IMG/VR virus record: IMGVR_UViG_3300032213_002110
Coordinates: 1,620 to 65,619 of that record
Reading direction: 5' to 3' (one strand)
Origin: a virus
Lineage: Duplodnaviria; Caudoviricetes
Length of the DNA stretch: 64,000 nt
Shown here: positions 8,234 through 17,722 of the stretch, piece after piece
Layout of the letters: every line of letters begins with the position of its first letter
Numbering within the stretch: the first letter of the stretch is position 1
Translations under genes and position numbers: made by a program
Notes under the pieces: generated by a model
Seen by the model: only the letters and a program-made list of their open reading frames with translations
The model's database searches: none
Told to the model about the DNA's origin: nothing

Positions 8234-10204
8234 ATGGCAAGTGCTAAAGACATTCGGTTTGACCAGAGAAATGTAACTAATACCGCATATCAAGAAAAAT
8301 ATGTAAACGGTAACAGTCTCATTATAAGAACAGATTCTACAGGATCTGTTGTTGGTGCTAGTACTTTAGAAGGTGTAGCGATTGGAATAATTACACCAAG
8401 CACAGCAAATTTTACTAATGTTACTGCTTCAGTAATAAGCGCTTCTGTATTTATTGGAAATTTAAGTGGTAGTTTATCAGGTAGTTCTATAATTACTAAT
8501 AATTTAACCGCAACAAATTCTAATTTAATTAATATTACTTCAAGCAATATAAGCGCAAGTGGTTATATAAGCGCTTCTGCAGCAAATTTTAACACCCTAA
8601 ATTCAAATTCGTCAAGATTATTTAATATTACCTCAAGTAATATAAGCGCAAGTGGACAAATTATCGCTGCAGGATTTAGTGGTAGTGTTTTTGGTACAAG
8701 TAGTTGGAGCAATAACAGTTCAACCGCAAGTTATTTTGGAAGTGGATCAAACAATTATTTTCCATTTTGGTCATCAAATAAATTATCATTTGATAGTTTG
8801 ATTTCTCAAGGTAATAATGAAATTTCTATTTTATCAGACACCGCTTCATTTTTAGGAAATACATTGGTAGTAAATAAATCTGATCCTTTTTACACAAATA
8901 ACAATCCAACGATTGATGTATCTAATTCTCCAAATCAAACGTTAATGTTAACACCAAATGTTATGCTTGGTGGAAATGGTAATGCAGAAAACTGGAATAG
9001 ATTTAATTCGGATGGTACTGTTGATTTTCTTGGTGCAAATATTAAATTTACAAGTGGTGGTGCTGCAGCATTTAATTCAAGTGTTACAATAGGATCGTCA
9101 ACATTATTAGGAAATAATACACTTGATGTAATTGGCAATATATCTGCTTTCGCAATTACCGCCAGTAATATAAGCGCAAGTGGAAATACAGAACTAAATA
9201 CATTATCAGTAAGAGGTAACACAACATTGTATGGAAATTTCACAGTATATGGAACTGGTTCAGTTGTTAACATTAGTTCAAGTACAGTAATTATTGGTGA
9301 CAATAGAATACAATTAAATGCTTGGAGTACAGGTTCTTTAAGTCAAAGATATGCAGGTTTAGATTTAACTGACAGTGGTAGTAACAATAATGTTACCAGT
9401 TCGTTATTATGGGATAGTGCAAACAATTACTGGCTATTAACAAATAATCAAACTGGTTCCAATCCAGTTGTAACAAGTAGTGCATTAATATTACAAGGAC
9501 CAATTAGTAGTTTTGGAAACGAAAAACAACTTCCAATAAACACATTCTTAAAAGTAGAATCTGCAATTGGTAATTTAACCGCATCAAACCTTACAGAAGT
9601 AGATAGTTTATTAACTTATAACGGAACTATTAGTTCATCTGCAATAAGTGCTTCATCAGCATTCTTTAGTTTGGATGTATTAATCAGCGGTGTTTTAAAA
9701 GTATTTAATAAGATATATGCATATGCTGGTATAATAGGTGATGTAACAGGTAGTTTATCAGGCAGTTCTGTTATTGCAAATACAATCACCGCATCTACTA
9801 TTACAAGTTCCACTATTACAACAGGTAATGCACAAATAAATGGTGGTAATATCAATAACACTGTAATTGGTAATATTACACCATCCACTGGTAATTTTAC
9901 TAATGTTACCGCAAGTAGAATTAGTTCATCTATACTAATTTCCAACAACAACACATTAGTTAATGTTACATCAAGTAATATCAGTGCAAGTGGTTATATC
10001 ACAGGTTCAAATGTATATGTAGAAAATACTATAATCGCAGACACAGGTTCATTTATTTATATGAATATCAATAATACTGGATCTGCACCAACAAATTATA
10101 CATCATCAGGAATGCCAGGTGAAGTAAGATTTGATAACAATTTCATTTATATATACACTAACAATATATGGGTAAGAACACCAATTGTTAGATGGACAAC
10201 TTAA
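8234..10204 (+). CDS. S/T/N/G-rich fibre or tail-associated structural protein
   Basis: Repeated SNISASG, GSLSGSS and ITPSTxNFTNVTAS units; C-terminal GEVRFDNNFIYIYTNNIWVR resembles phage fibre C-termini. Confidence 0.65.
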   Translation: MASAKDIRFDQRNVTNTAYQEKYVNGNSLIIRTDSTGSVVGASTLEGVAIGIITPSTANFTNVTASVISASVFIGNLSGSLSGSSIITNNLTATNSNLINITSSNISASGYISASAANFNTLNSNSSRLFNITSSNISASGQIIAAGFSGSVFGTSSWSNNSSTASYFGSGSNNYFPFWSSNKLSFDSLISQGNNEISILSDTASFLGNTLVVNKSDPFYTNNNPTIDVSNSPNQTLMLTPNVMLGGNGNAENWNRFNSDGTVDFLGANIKFTSGGAAAFNSSVTIGSSTLLGNNTLDVIGNISAFAITASNISASGNTELNTLSVRGNTTLYGNFTVYGTGSVVNISSSTVIIGDNRIQLNAWSTGSLSQRYAGLDLTDSGSNNNVTSSLLWDSANNYWLLTNNQTGSNPVVTSSALILQGPISSFGNEKQLPINTFLKVESAIGNLTASNLTEVDSLLTYNGTISSSAISASSAFFSLDVLISGVLKVFNKIYAYAGIIGDVTGSLSGSSVIANTITASTITSSTITTGNAQINGGNINNTVIGNITPSTGNFTNVTASRISSSILISNNNTLVNVTSSNISASGYITGSNVYVENTIIADTGSFIYMNINNTGSAPTNYTSSGMPGEVRFDNNFIYIYTNNIWVRTPIVRWTT

Positions 10205-10527
10205 CCTTTTAGTAACGATTTGTTTTCAACAATAGGTTTTTCTTCATTTGGAATACCCATTCTCATTTTAAGCATTCTTAATGCTGCTCTTGGATGCATT
10301 CTACCACAATTGAATCCAAGTATGCCATACTTACGACAAAATGATTCCAATTCATTAATGTCTTTTTCATCGTGACTTACAACAGGAATATTGGTAGTAT
10401 CTTCTTGTTGCTGTTTCTTTTTTGTCATTAATGCAACAGGATCAAAATCTGGAACTCTTGTAGCGGTAGGTCTTTGCATAGACATACCGCCAAACATTCC
10501 ACTTCCTATTGACGGCCACTCTTCCAT
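10201..10527 (-). CDS. hypothetical protein (about 108 aa)
   Basis: Start moved to ATG 10527 (MEEWPSIG), 1 nt after the lysozyme gene stop; convergent overlap with the fibre gene. Confidence 0.6.
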   Translation of the reverse strand: MEEWPSIGSGMFGGMSMQRPTATRVPDFDPVALMTKKKQQQEDTTNIPVVSHDEKDINELESFCRKYGILGFNCGRMHPRAALRMLKMRMGIPNEEKPIVENKSLLKG

Positions 10528-10528
10528 A

Positions 10529-12442
10529 TCAACCTTTATTCTTTGCAAATTGTGCAAATGCCATAGCATTTGTATTCATTCTTCTTTTGATTTGTTCAGG
10601 TCCACTTTTTGCATTTTTGTGATCCAAATATTCTTTAGCAACCGATCCCCATTTACCACTATTCATTAATGCAATAGTCTTTGGACCCAAATCACCTCTA
10701 TATAAAGCATTAATTATCGCATTCTTAACTGTAACTGGTAAACTGTTGAAGTTACTAATTTTACTTGATGCCAACTTTTCCTTGATCTTTACATCCACAT
10801 TGAATAGTTTTTCAATTTGATCAGATGATAACTTTTGTTGACCATTCAATACTTTATTATAATCAACTGCGTTACCAAATAATGATTTAAACAAATTTCT
10901 ATCTTGTTCAGAACCATTCAAATAGTGTCCAATACCAATTGTTGGTTTTCCTTCACTATCATTATATACTTTGTCTCTTTTACCTTCCCAGTGAGAAATA
11001 TAATCACTGGTATTTTTATTTAATAATGACAATTCACTATCTTTTACTGCGGTTTGTACGACGGGAACTGATTGAGGAAGTTTTGCAGCATCAACATTTC
11101 CTGTCATTGCACTCAATCCTAAAGCACCAGCAGCAAGCCAATCCTTTACTCCTTCAGATAAATTGGATTCTTTGATACTACTCAAGTCATCAATGAAATT
11201 ACCTTTACCAGTAGTGGTAATCAAAACACCTTTTTCTTCAATAAAATTTCTAATTGTATCTAAAACAGATGATTTTACTGCGGGTACATTTTGATTAGTA
11301 TTGCCATTCATAGAAAAGTCATAATTTTCCAGATTGGATAACATCAAGAAATTATGACGGGTATCCAAAACTGCTCTAATATAACCTTTTCTTACTGCAT
11401 TATCATAGGTATCAACTAAAGTTGCACCTACCAAAGATGGTTCATTGTTTTTAATCCAATCTTCGTGACTATAACCAGCTTCGGCTACAGTACCAGTTGG
11501 TGTAAACCAATATTTCTTTTCGGGTGATGTAGAAGAACCAAATCTCAACATTCTTTCACGACTTCTTTTTTCTTTGTCATCATAATAACCTTCATCCAAT
11601 TTTCTACCTTCTGGTCCAAAATGATCCAAATGATGATAAACGTCATCAAGATATTCACCCGCAAGATTCAATTTAGACTTTACCCAATCTTCCAATTGAG
11701 TATTTGGTTGCAACATTGTTTCCAATTCTTTTGCGTCATTATTAATTTGTTTCAACGCACCCATTGCCATACTACTATTTTGTTCTTTTAATAGTTCTTG
11801 TATAGCTTCTTTGTAACATTCTTTTACTGGTTTACTTTGTGTTGATTTACCAGCCTTTCTCAACTGTCTGGCTCTACAATGTGCTTTTTGACTAAAACCT
11901 TTAGGATTACTGCAATTTATTGATTTTTTATAAGTATTAGTCCACTTTTCTTCAATATTTTGTGTACCTTTTGCCTTTTCTTCACTATAAAACTTAAGAT
12001 AATCTCTTACTGTGGCAACATAATCACATGCATGATTCAATTTAGCCTTAACCCAATCTTCCAAGTTATCATCCACACTAAACATTGATTGTATTTTTTC
12101 ACTATAATCAATTAGTTTGGTAACGTCACTTTGAGCCATTTCAGCATTTTCATCAATTATACCTTGAATACTTGATGATTTATGAGTTAAAGCAGTATCT
12201 TTTAGTGATACTAACTTTTCTGCAACTTGTTTTTGTTGTGGGGTAAGATTTGAAAATCCATTGTTTTCACCCAATCCATGCAATACAGAATCAACTGCAC
12301 TCTTGGTGATCCATTTCAATCCCAATTCACGAATTTTTTCAGCCAATTTCTTACCTTTTAAGGTTTTCTTGATATCAGCTAATTGTTCCAATTCACGAAT
12401 TGATTTCTTAGCATATTTTATATATGTTTGGTAGTCACTCAT
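10529..12442 (-). CDS. multidomain protein with C-terminal T4/GH24-type lysozyme, likely virion-associated
   Basis: HWEGKRDKVYNDSEGKPTIGIGH has the E-x8-D-x5-T triad. Two copies of an LEDWVKxKL domain, a KWT...CSNPKGFSQKAHC domain, and a hydrophobic DWLAAGALGLSAM segment. Start moved to ATG 12442. Confidence 0.75.
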   Translation of the reverse strand: MSDYQTYIKYAKKSIRELEQLADIKKTLKGKKLAEKIRELGLKWITKSAVDSVLHGLGENNGFSNLTPQQKQVAEKLVSLKDTALTHKSSSIQGIIDENAEMAQSDVTKLIDYSEKIQSMFSVDDNLEDWVKAKLNHACDYVATVRDYLKFYSEEKAKGTQNIEEKWTNTYKKSINCSNPKGFSQKAHCRARQLRKAGKSTQSKPVKECYKEAIQELLKEQNSSMAMGALKQINNDAKELETMLQPNTQLEDWVKSKLNLAGEYLDDVYHHLDHFGPEGRKLDEGYYDDKEKRSRERMLRFGSSTSPEKKYWFTPTGTVAEAGYSHEDWIKNNEPSLVGATLVDTYDNAVRKGYIRAVLDTRHNFLMLSNLENYDFSMNGNTNQNVPAVKSSVLDTIRNFIEEKGVLITTTGKGNFIDDLSSIKESNLSEGVKDWLAAGALGLSAMTGNVDAAKLPQSVPVVQTAVKDSELSLLNKNTSDYISHWEGKRDKVYNDSEGKPTIGIGHYLNGSEQDRNLFKSLFGNAVDYNKVLNGQQKLSSDQIEKLFNVDVKIKEKLASSKISNFNSLPVTVKNAIINALYRGDLGPKTIALMNSGKWGSVAKEYLDHKNAKSGPEQIKRRMNTNAMAFAQFAKNKG

Positions 12443-12446
12443 AAAA

Positions 12447-13238
12447 TTATCTCCAACCTCCACCTTTAGATTTGTACCATTTAGCTGCCCATGCATTAGC
12501 ATAAGCACTAGGATAAACATCAAACTTTGATCTTGCTAATGATTTAGCTCTTGACCATAGTTTACTATTTGTTGGTTTGGCTCCCTTTTTCTTCTTTTTC
12601 TTTGTTTTTGCTTCGTTTAATGTTGGTTCTTCAATATCAATTTCAACGGTTTTATCAATAATTGGTTGACTTTTTCTTCCAGATACTTGTCCATTAGATG
12701 TTTTACCAATAGTACCACCCATATTTACTGAAGAAACGCTGTTATTACCTACTCTTGCTTCATCATTAAAACTTTGATTTGGGTTTCCTAAACCAGAACT
12801 AGCAGTTGGTTTAAACTCACTTGCAAGGCCAGCATCTACTAATTTCGTATAGTAATTGGGATCTTCTGTTAAATGATCTAATGCGATTTCAGTGGCAATC
12901 TTTTCATCGTTTGTGTGTTCCATTTCAACTTGAACACCTATTGCTAGTTCATGTGTATTTACATTTGCTGGTGCGGTAGCATCACCAACACCACCAGTTA
13001 GTTCGCCTACTTGTTCCGTCAAATGATCATAAAATTCTCTATAAGATACATCCCAATCGTTATGTTCAGTATCTGTCCATTTATCAAATTCGTTGAGTTT
13101 CTTCATATTAGCAATTTTTTTGAAAGTTTTACCGTCGTCCCAATATGGGTCAATCATCCATCTTCTACCCTTCATTCTAGGGTCGCCGATTAATGGATCA
13201 TTTGGTTCTTTTTTAGGCTTTTGGGAATCGTTTTTCAT
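12447..13238 (-). CDS. modular hypothetical protein, probable internal virion protein
   Basis: ELAIGVQVEMEHTNDEKIATEIALDHLTEDPNYYTKL module (DUF5661-like) and a C-terminal basic KFDVYPSAYANAWAAKWYKSKGGGW module. Confidence 0.65.
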   Translation of the reverse strand: MKNDSQKPKKEPNDPLIGDPRMKGRRWMIDPYWDDGKTFKKIANMKKLNEFDKWTDTEHNDWDVSYREFYDHLTEQVGELTGGVGDATAPANVNTHELAIGVQVEMEHTNDEKIATEIALDHLTEDPNYYTKLVDAGLASEFKPTASSGLGNPNQSFNDEARVGNNSVSSVNMGGTIGKTSNGQVSGRKSQPIIDKTVEIDIEEPTLNEAKTKKKKKKGAKPTNSKLWSRAKSLARSKFDVYPSAYANAWAAKWYKSKGGGWR

Positions 13239-13836
13239 ATTTCTTTTGAGCCATTTCTCTAATTATTTTACCAATTTCTTTTTCTTGTGGAGTACGATAA
13301 TCTACAGCTTCTTGTTGAGGAGTAGCCATTAAATTGTATGGTTCCGCTTTTGATTCTGGTCCCATAAATGATGGTTTTACTGGTAACTTGTCATCATCAT
13401 CTATGTTTAACATATGTAGTTTACTGTAGTATTTGTTATCTCCTTTAAGATTTCTCACTACTAATTCTTTAGCCAAGTCTTTTCTTTTAAAGACCATTTT
13501 CTTTAATTCGTATTGTAAACCGGCTAAAACTTCGTCGGGTGTTACTTTGTATTTGATTTCATCAACATCTTTGTCATATTGACTTGGACTATATGTTGAT
13601 TTATTATCGTAATCCTCTGGTGGAGGAGTACTAATGTCACTTGCAGAACCAGCTATAGTAGGAGCATATTTAAAACCAGCTAATGTGGAATTAGCTTTGA
13701 ATGCACCAATATTTTGAGATGCATCTGGTGAACTGTATGTACCCAAACTAGAAGCACCGCCTAATCCACCTTGTATATAGGATTGTCCTGTATACATTCT
13801 ATCTCCCATATCATTTTCATTTATAGTTTTTGACAT
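13213..13836 (-). CDS. hypothetical protein with a diverged copy of the DUF5661-like module
   Basis: EVLAGLQYELKK...AKELVVRNLKGDNKYYSKL parallels the module in the neighbouring gene; TATTTATA 3 nt upstream (13840-13847). Confidence 0.6.
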   Translation of the reverse strand: MSKTINENDMGDRMYTGQSYIQGGLGGASSLGTYSSPDASQNIGAFKANSTLAGFKYAPTIAGSASDISTPPPEDYDNKSTYSPSQYDKDVDEIKYKVTPDEVLAGLQYELKKMVFKRKDLAKELVVRNLKGDNKYYSKLHMLNIDDDDKLPVKPSFMGPESKAEPYNLMATPQQEAVDYRTPQEKEIGKIIREMAQKKYEKRFPKA

Positions 13837-13876
13837 AACTATAAATATAAGAAAACAACAGTTAATATCTATTATT

Positions 13877-14581
13877 TTAGACTATAGTTTTGATAGGATG
13901 ATAATATCCTGATTTCAACGGATCAAATGTGATAGAATCAATGTTCCAATTAATATAAGATTCCGAATTTAAAAATGGTTTATTTAATGTATACCCAGAT
14001 TGTTGTAACAGTGTTCCCAATCTTAATTCCGAAAACATATTATCATATTGTCTTGGATTGTTGATTATTAAAGTAACCATTGATGATAACACAGATCTAG
14101 TAAAAAATAAACCAGAAGTTGGTACTATTCCACCTATATTAGGTATTAATTTTTGAGAATCTGACAATTGTGTATACCAATACCAATTATTCAATGTTTC
14201 TTTTGGGTATATTATGTGACTAAAATTGGACATTGTTAATGCATTGTTATAAAAACTTTCCAATGAACAATTACAGTAAGTATCCCATTCTATCACTAAA
14301 TAAGTTGGTAAATTTGGATAATTTAAATAAAAATCATAGATTAATAAATCTGCTTCACTCCAGTATTCTCTTTTACAAGTTTCATTTAAAAGATTATTTT
14401 TTGGATATGATTGTTTTCTAGAAACAACATGAGAACCATCAATTAAATTATGATTTTCAAATCCTATTGGATAAATATTTTTTGTAGGATTGTATTTTTT
14501 TAACAATTCATAATTTTGCATTGTTATATTATCATTTGAATAATGTAAAAACAATATAGAAATTTTATTTTTTAATAACAT
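13877..14581 (-). CDS. putative GT-A-fold glycosyltransferase of unassigned family (paralog 1)
   Basis: IEWDTYCN acidic motif, YDNMFSELRLGTL and terminal YHPIK; paralogous to 14583-15269. Confidence 0.45.
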   Translation of the reverse strand: MLLKNKISILFLHYSNDNITMQNYELLKKYNPTKNIYPIGFENHNLIDGSHVVSRKQSYPKNNLLNETCKREYWSEADLLIYDFYLNYPNLPTYLVIEWDTYCNCSLESFYNNALTMSNFSHIIYPKETLNNWYWYTQLSDSQKLIPNIGGIVPTSGLFFTRSVLSSMVTLIINNPRQYDNMFSELRLGTLLQQSGYTLNKPFLNSESYINWNIDSITFDPLKSGYYHPIKTIV

Positions 14582-14582
14582 A

Positions 14583-15269
14583 TTATTTTACAGGATGATA
14601 AAAGTGTGGTCGATTTAGATTAACATTAATATCATCGGCTGTCCAACTTATATATTTTTCAATATCTTTTCTTCCTTTTTTAAGTGTAGTAAATTGACTT
14701 ACTAATGTACCACATCTTACTTCACAAAACATATTGTCATATAAATGTTTGTTGGTTAAAACTTCATTCACACATTTGCCCAATATATAATTTTTAAAAT
14801 ATACACAAGTTGATTGTCCATATGAATATAAAGTAGAAAACTTAATGTGATGTGGATTGTGTTTCCTATATAATTTTATCCATTCCCAATCTTCTGACGA
14901 TGGATCACATATACGATTTCCAAAAAAATCTACATTTGTATTAAAAAAAGATTCAATTTGAATATTACAGATTGTATCATATTCATATAAAAAATATTCA
15001 TCATAATTAGGCATTTGAAAATAAGCATCATATGCAAATAAATCACAATCAAACCAATCAATTAATTTATTCGGAACATAATAATTAATTGCTTTATTTG
15101 TTGGATATTTTTCTTTATTTACGATCAATGAATTTGGAATCAAATTATATCCTTCAAATCCAATAGGAATTACATCCCAAGTAAGATTTAAATTTTTTAA
15201 ATTGTTAAATCTTTCAATTACGATATCATCGACATAATGATGACTGAAAATAATTAATTTATTTTTCAT
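14583..15269 (-). CDS. putative GT-A-fold glycosyltransferase of unassigned family (paralog 2)
   Basis: YEYDTICN, YDNMFCEVRCGTL, terminal YHPVK. Confidence 0.45.
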   Translation of the reverse strand: MKNKLIIFSHHYVDDIVIERFNNLKNLNLTWDVIPIGFEGYNLIPNSLIVNKEKYPTNKAINYYVPNKLIDWFDCDLFAYDAYFQMPNYDEYFLYEYDTICNIQIESFFNTNVDFFGNRICDPSSEDWEWIKLYRKHNPHHIKFSTLYSYGQSTCVYFKNYILGKCVNEVLTNKHLYDNMFCEVRCGTLVSQFTTLKKGRKDIEKYISWTADDINVNLNRPHFYHPVK

Positions 15270-15286
15270 ATACTTTTCATGTATAG

Positions 15287-15874
15287 TTAAGACAAGTCTT
15301 TTATTATATCCTTATTACATCTCATGTTTCTATTTAGATGTTTGTATTTACCCACATCTACATAATTTGGATGAACCCACCAATCTTCAAAATATGTATT
15401 TGTATTACAAAACGCATCAACATCAGAAAATAACATGAAATAACCATTGTTGTTTAATATTTCTCTTTGTTCTCTTCTAAGTTCATCTCCAAATCTATAA
15501 TAATCATGTTCAATTGTAATAGTTTTGTATTTGAAATTTTTAAAAGGTATATTTTTTAATACTTCTAAACTTCCGTGGTCTATATCTATAGATAAATAAT
15601 CGATAACAAATGGAACTTTTTCGTCAACGAAAATTTTTTCATAATTATGTAAAGTTGCATCACCCATTATAAATTTACATTTTCTTTCAGTTGAAAAATG
15701 TTCATATTCAATCAAATCGAATGCTAAACCATTCCACCCAATAGTTTCCATTGCATAAGAATTATTATATTGTTTTGGTAAAAAACATCCAATATCAATA
15801 AAATACCCATTATTAATGTGATTAAGAATATTTAGTACAAATTCATCTTGGGAATTTCCAGAATAATACATCAT
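15287..15874 (-). CDS. FkbM-like SAM-dependent methyltransferase
   Basis: SQDEFV, GYFIDIGC, WNGLAFD, IDYLSIDID, TITIEHD, FEDWWVHP. Confidence 0.7.
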   Translation of the reverse strand: MMYYSGNSQDEFVLNILNHINNGYFIDIGCFLPKQYNNSYAMETIGWNGLAFDLIEYEHFSTERKCKFIMGDATLHNYEKIFVDEKVPFVIDYLSIDIDHGSLEVLKNIPFKNFKYKTITIEHDYYRFGDELRREQREILNNNGYFMLFSDVDAFCNTNTYFEDWWVHPNYVDVGKYKHLNRNMRCNKDIIKDLS

Positions 15875-15905
15875 ACTAATACATAGTGTTTTTTATCCGT
15901 TTTGT

Positions 15906-16664
15906 TTATTTGTAAATGTATTTTGAATAATTTGAATATAAAAATTCTGGTAAATCGTTCATTAATTTTGTATCATCCAATCTTTTTATTCTGTCCCTTA
16001 CTATATGATATCTTTCTATTGTATTATCTTCTTGATGTGCAAATGATAATAATTTATTTTCTACATTATAACACCATGAAAAATGATAACCAGCATTACT
16101 AATCAACTTATATGAGTTTTGTTTGTTTCTTAAAAATCTTAAATGCCACAAGTCATGTATCTCTTGTTTATAAAAATTAGGATTGAATGCTAACGCTCTA
16201 ACCCACGGATTATTGATAGTACATTGTAAATTCATACAATATTTCCGCATATCAAGTTCAAAATAGTTAACATCATTTTTATCTATTTTGGATATACATC
16301 TTTCCAAAAATATAATTTCATCTATATCTACACAAATGAGAACATCGTCATCAGTAAATGTAATGTTTTCTAATATATAATTTCTTTGTTTTCTTTCTCT
16401 ACGCCAATCGTCTATATTAAATACGGTTGGCGGATATGTAACCCATGTATCTAATTCATTAAAATCTACAATCAAATGAATTATTTTATCTTGGTATTTT
16501 TCAAATAAATGTTTATTATTAAAATAATAAAGTGGTTTTGGTTTATTTGAAAATGTAAACGATGATTCAGCAATTACAAACTTATCAACATACGGATAAT
16601 TCAATTCTAATTGTAATTTTAAAAAATCAAGTTCGTCATTTAATATTACACTATAATAAGTCAT
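15906..16664 (-). CDS. glycosyltransferase family 17-like (GnT-III type)
   Basis: DELDFLKLQL...VDKFVIAESSFTFSNKPKPL, ERKQRN, DIDEI, AGYHFSW. Confidence 0.75.
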   Translation of the reverse strand: MTYYSVILNDELDFLKLQLELNYPYVDKFVIAESSFTFSNKPKPLYYFNNKHLFEKYQDKIIHLIVDFNELDTWVTYPPTVFNIDDWRRERKQRNYILENITFTDDDVLICVDIDEIIFLERCISKIDKNDVNYFELDMRKYCMNLQCTINNPWVRALAFNPNFYKQEIHDLWHLRFLRNKQNSYKLISNAGYHFSWCYNVENKLLSFAHQEDNTIERYHIVRDRIKRLDDTKLMNDLPEFLYSNYSKYIYK

Positions 16665-17722
16665 TTGTTTTTATTATAAACTTGTAATAATAGTTGTTTG
16701 GCGTGTTCGTAGTTTGGTTCTGCCCATTGATGTTTATGTTGATAAAACAGTGCAAACTCCATACCAAATACATCACACATTGTATAATCAACCATATATG
16801 GATAATTTTCTGTAAAGTAATTTATATGACCTCCATATTTCGTAACTATGACTGGTTTGTGATTCAAATAAGCTTCATATGCAGCATATCCAAGTCCTTC
16901 ACCTCTATGTAATAAATAATAACAATCACCCAAGTTATGTATTTCATTTATCTGTTTAGTTGAATAATTACCAAAAAATATAACTATATCTGGTGGATTT
17001 GGATATTGTGATCTTATATCTTCAATCTGTTTTTTAATAATATTTACACTTTCGTCTGTATAGTAATAGTAATTAGTTTTCATTATTAATGATACATTAT
17101 CGTTAGCTGTAAATGATTCACAATATGTTTTTATTGTTCCTACATTGTTTTTTCTATCATTCCATGTAGCAATATTATAAAAATTATATGTGCGACGGAT
17201 ATCTTTATTACCATATTGAACATATTCCAGAATATCTAACTCATCTTTTTGCCTTTTATTAAAAAAGTTATAGCTTAAGTATTTATTTACTTTTACAGGT
17301 GTAGTTACCCCGTTGTCTTCAAATACTTTTTTAGTAAATTCAGAAGATGTCCACACTTCGTGTATATTAGGACTATTAAGAAAAGACATCCACTCTGGAG
17401 GTAACGTTGTTGTTTCCCATGTAGTTTGTAGTACTATTTTAATATTTGGATTGTTAAAATGTTTTTTATACCCCATGATTATATTATCTACTTGATCAGG
17501 TAAAAAGTTTATTACACATAAATCATAGGAATCATACATTTTTTCTTTACATTCTTCTACTGCCTTTTCAATTATGTCTGGGTTTTCAATTTTTGTATTA
17601 TCTACATACTGAGGCATAAATGTTACATTATAACCATTCATTAAATAGTTAAACATAAAATATTTTGCGGATATCGCATATCCACATGTTCCGTAAACTG
17701 CTATATAAAGTATATTTTTCAT
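16661..17722 (-). CDS. GT-B glycosyltransferase (GT4-like)
   Basis: YGTCGYA, TTWETTTLP, IATWNDRKN, HRGEGLGYAAYEA, PVIVTKYGGH. Confidence 0.8.
   Translation of the reverse strand: MKNILYIAVYGTCGYAISAKYFMFNYLMNGYNVTFMPQYVDNTKIENPDIIEKAVEECKEKMYDSYDLCVINFLPDQVDNIIMGYKKHFNNPNIKIVLQTTWETTTLPPEWMSFLNSPNIHEVWTSSEFTKKVFEDNGVTTPVKVNKYLSYNFFNKRQKDELDILEYVQYGNKDIRRTYNFYNIATWNDRKNNVGTIKTYCESFTANDNVSLIMKTNYYYYTDESVNIIKKQIEDIRSQYPNPPDIVIFFGNYSTKQINEIHNLGDCYYLLHRGEGLGYAAYEAYLNHKPVIVTKYGGHINYFTENYPYMVDYTMCDVFGMEFALFYQHKHQWAEPNYEHAKQLLLQVYNKNK

Noticed and set aside
15266-15280. Tiny upstream ORFs whose stops overlap the next start (MKSI* here; ML* at 25044-25052)
   Set aside because: Such 2-4 codon frames are expected by chance in AT-rich DNA; only ribosome profiling could support them.
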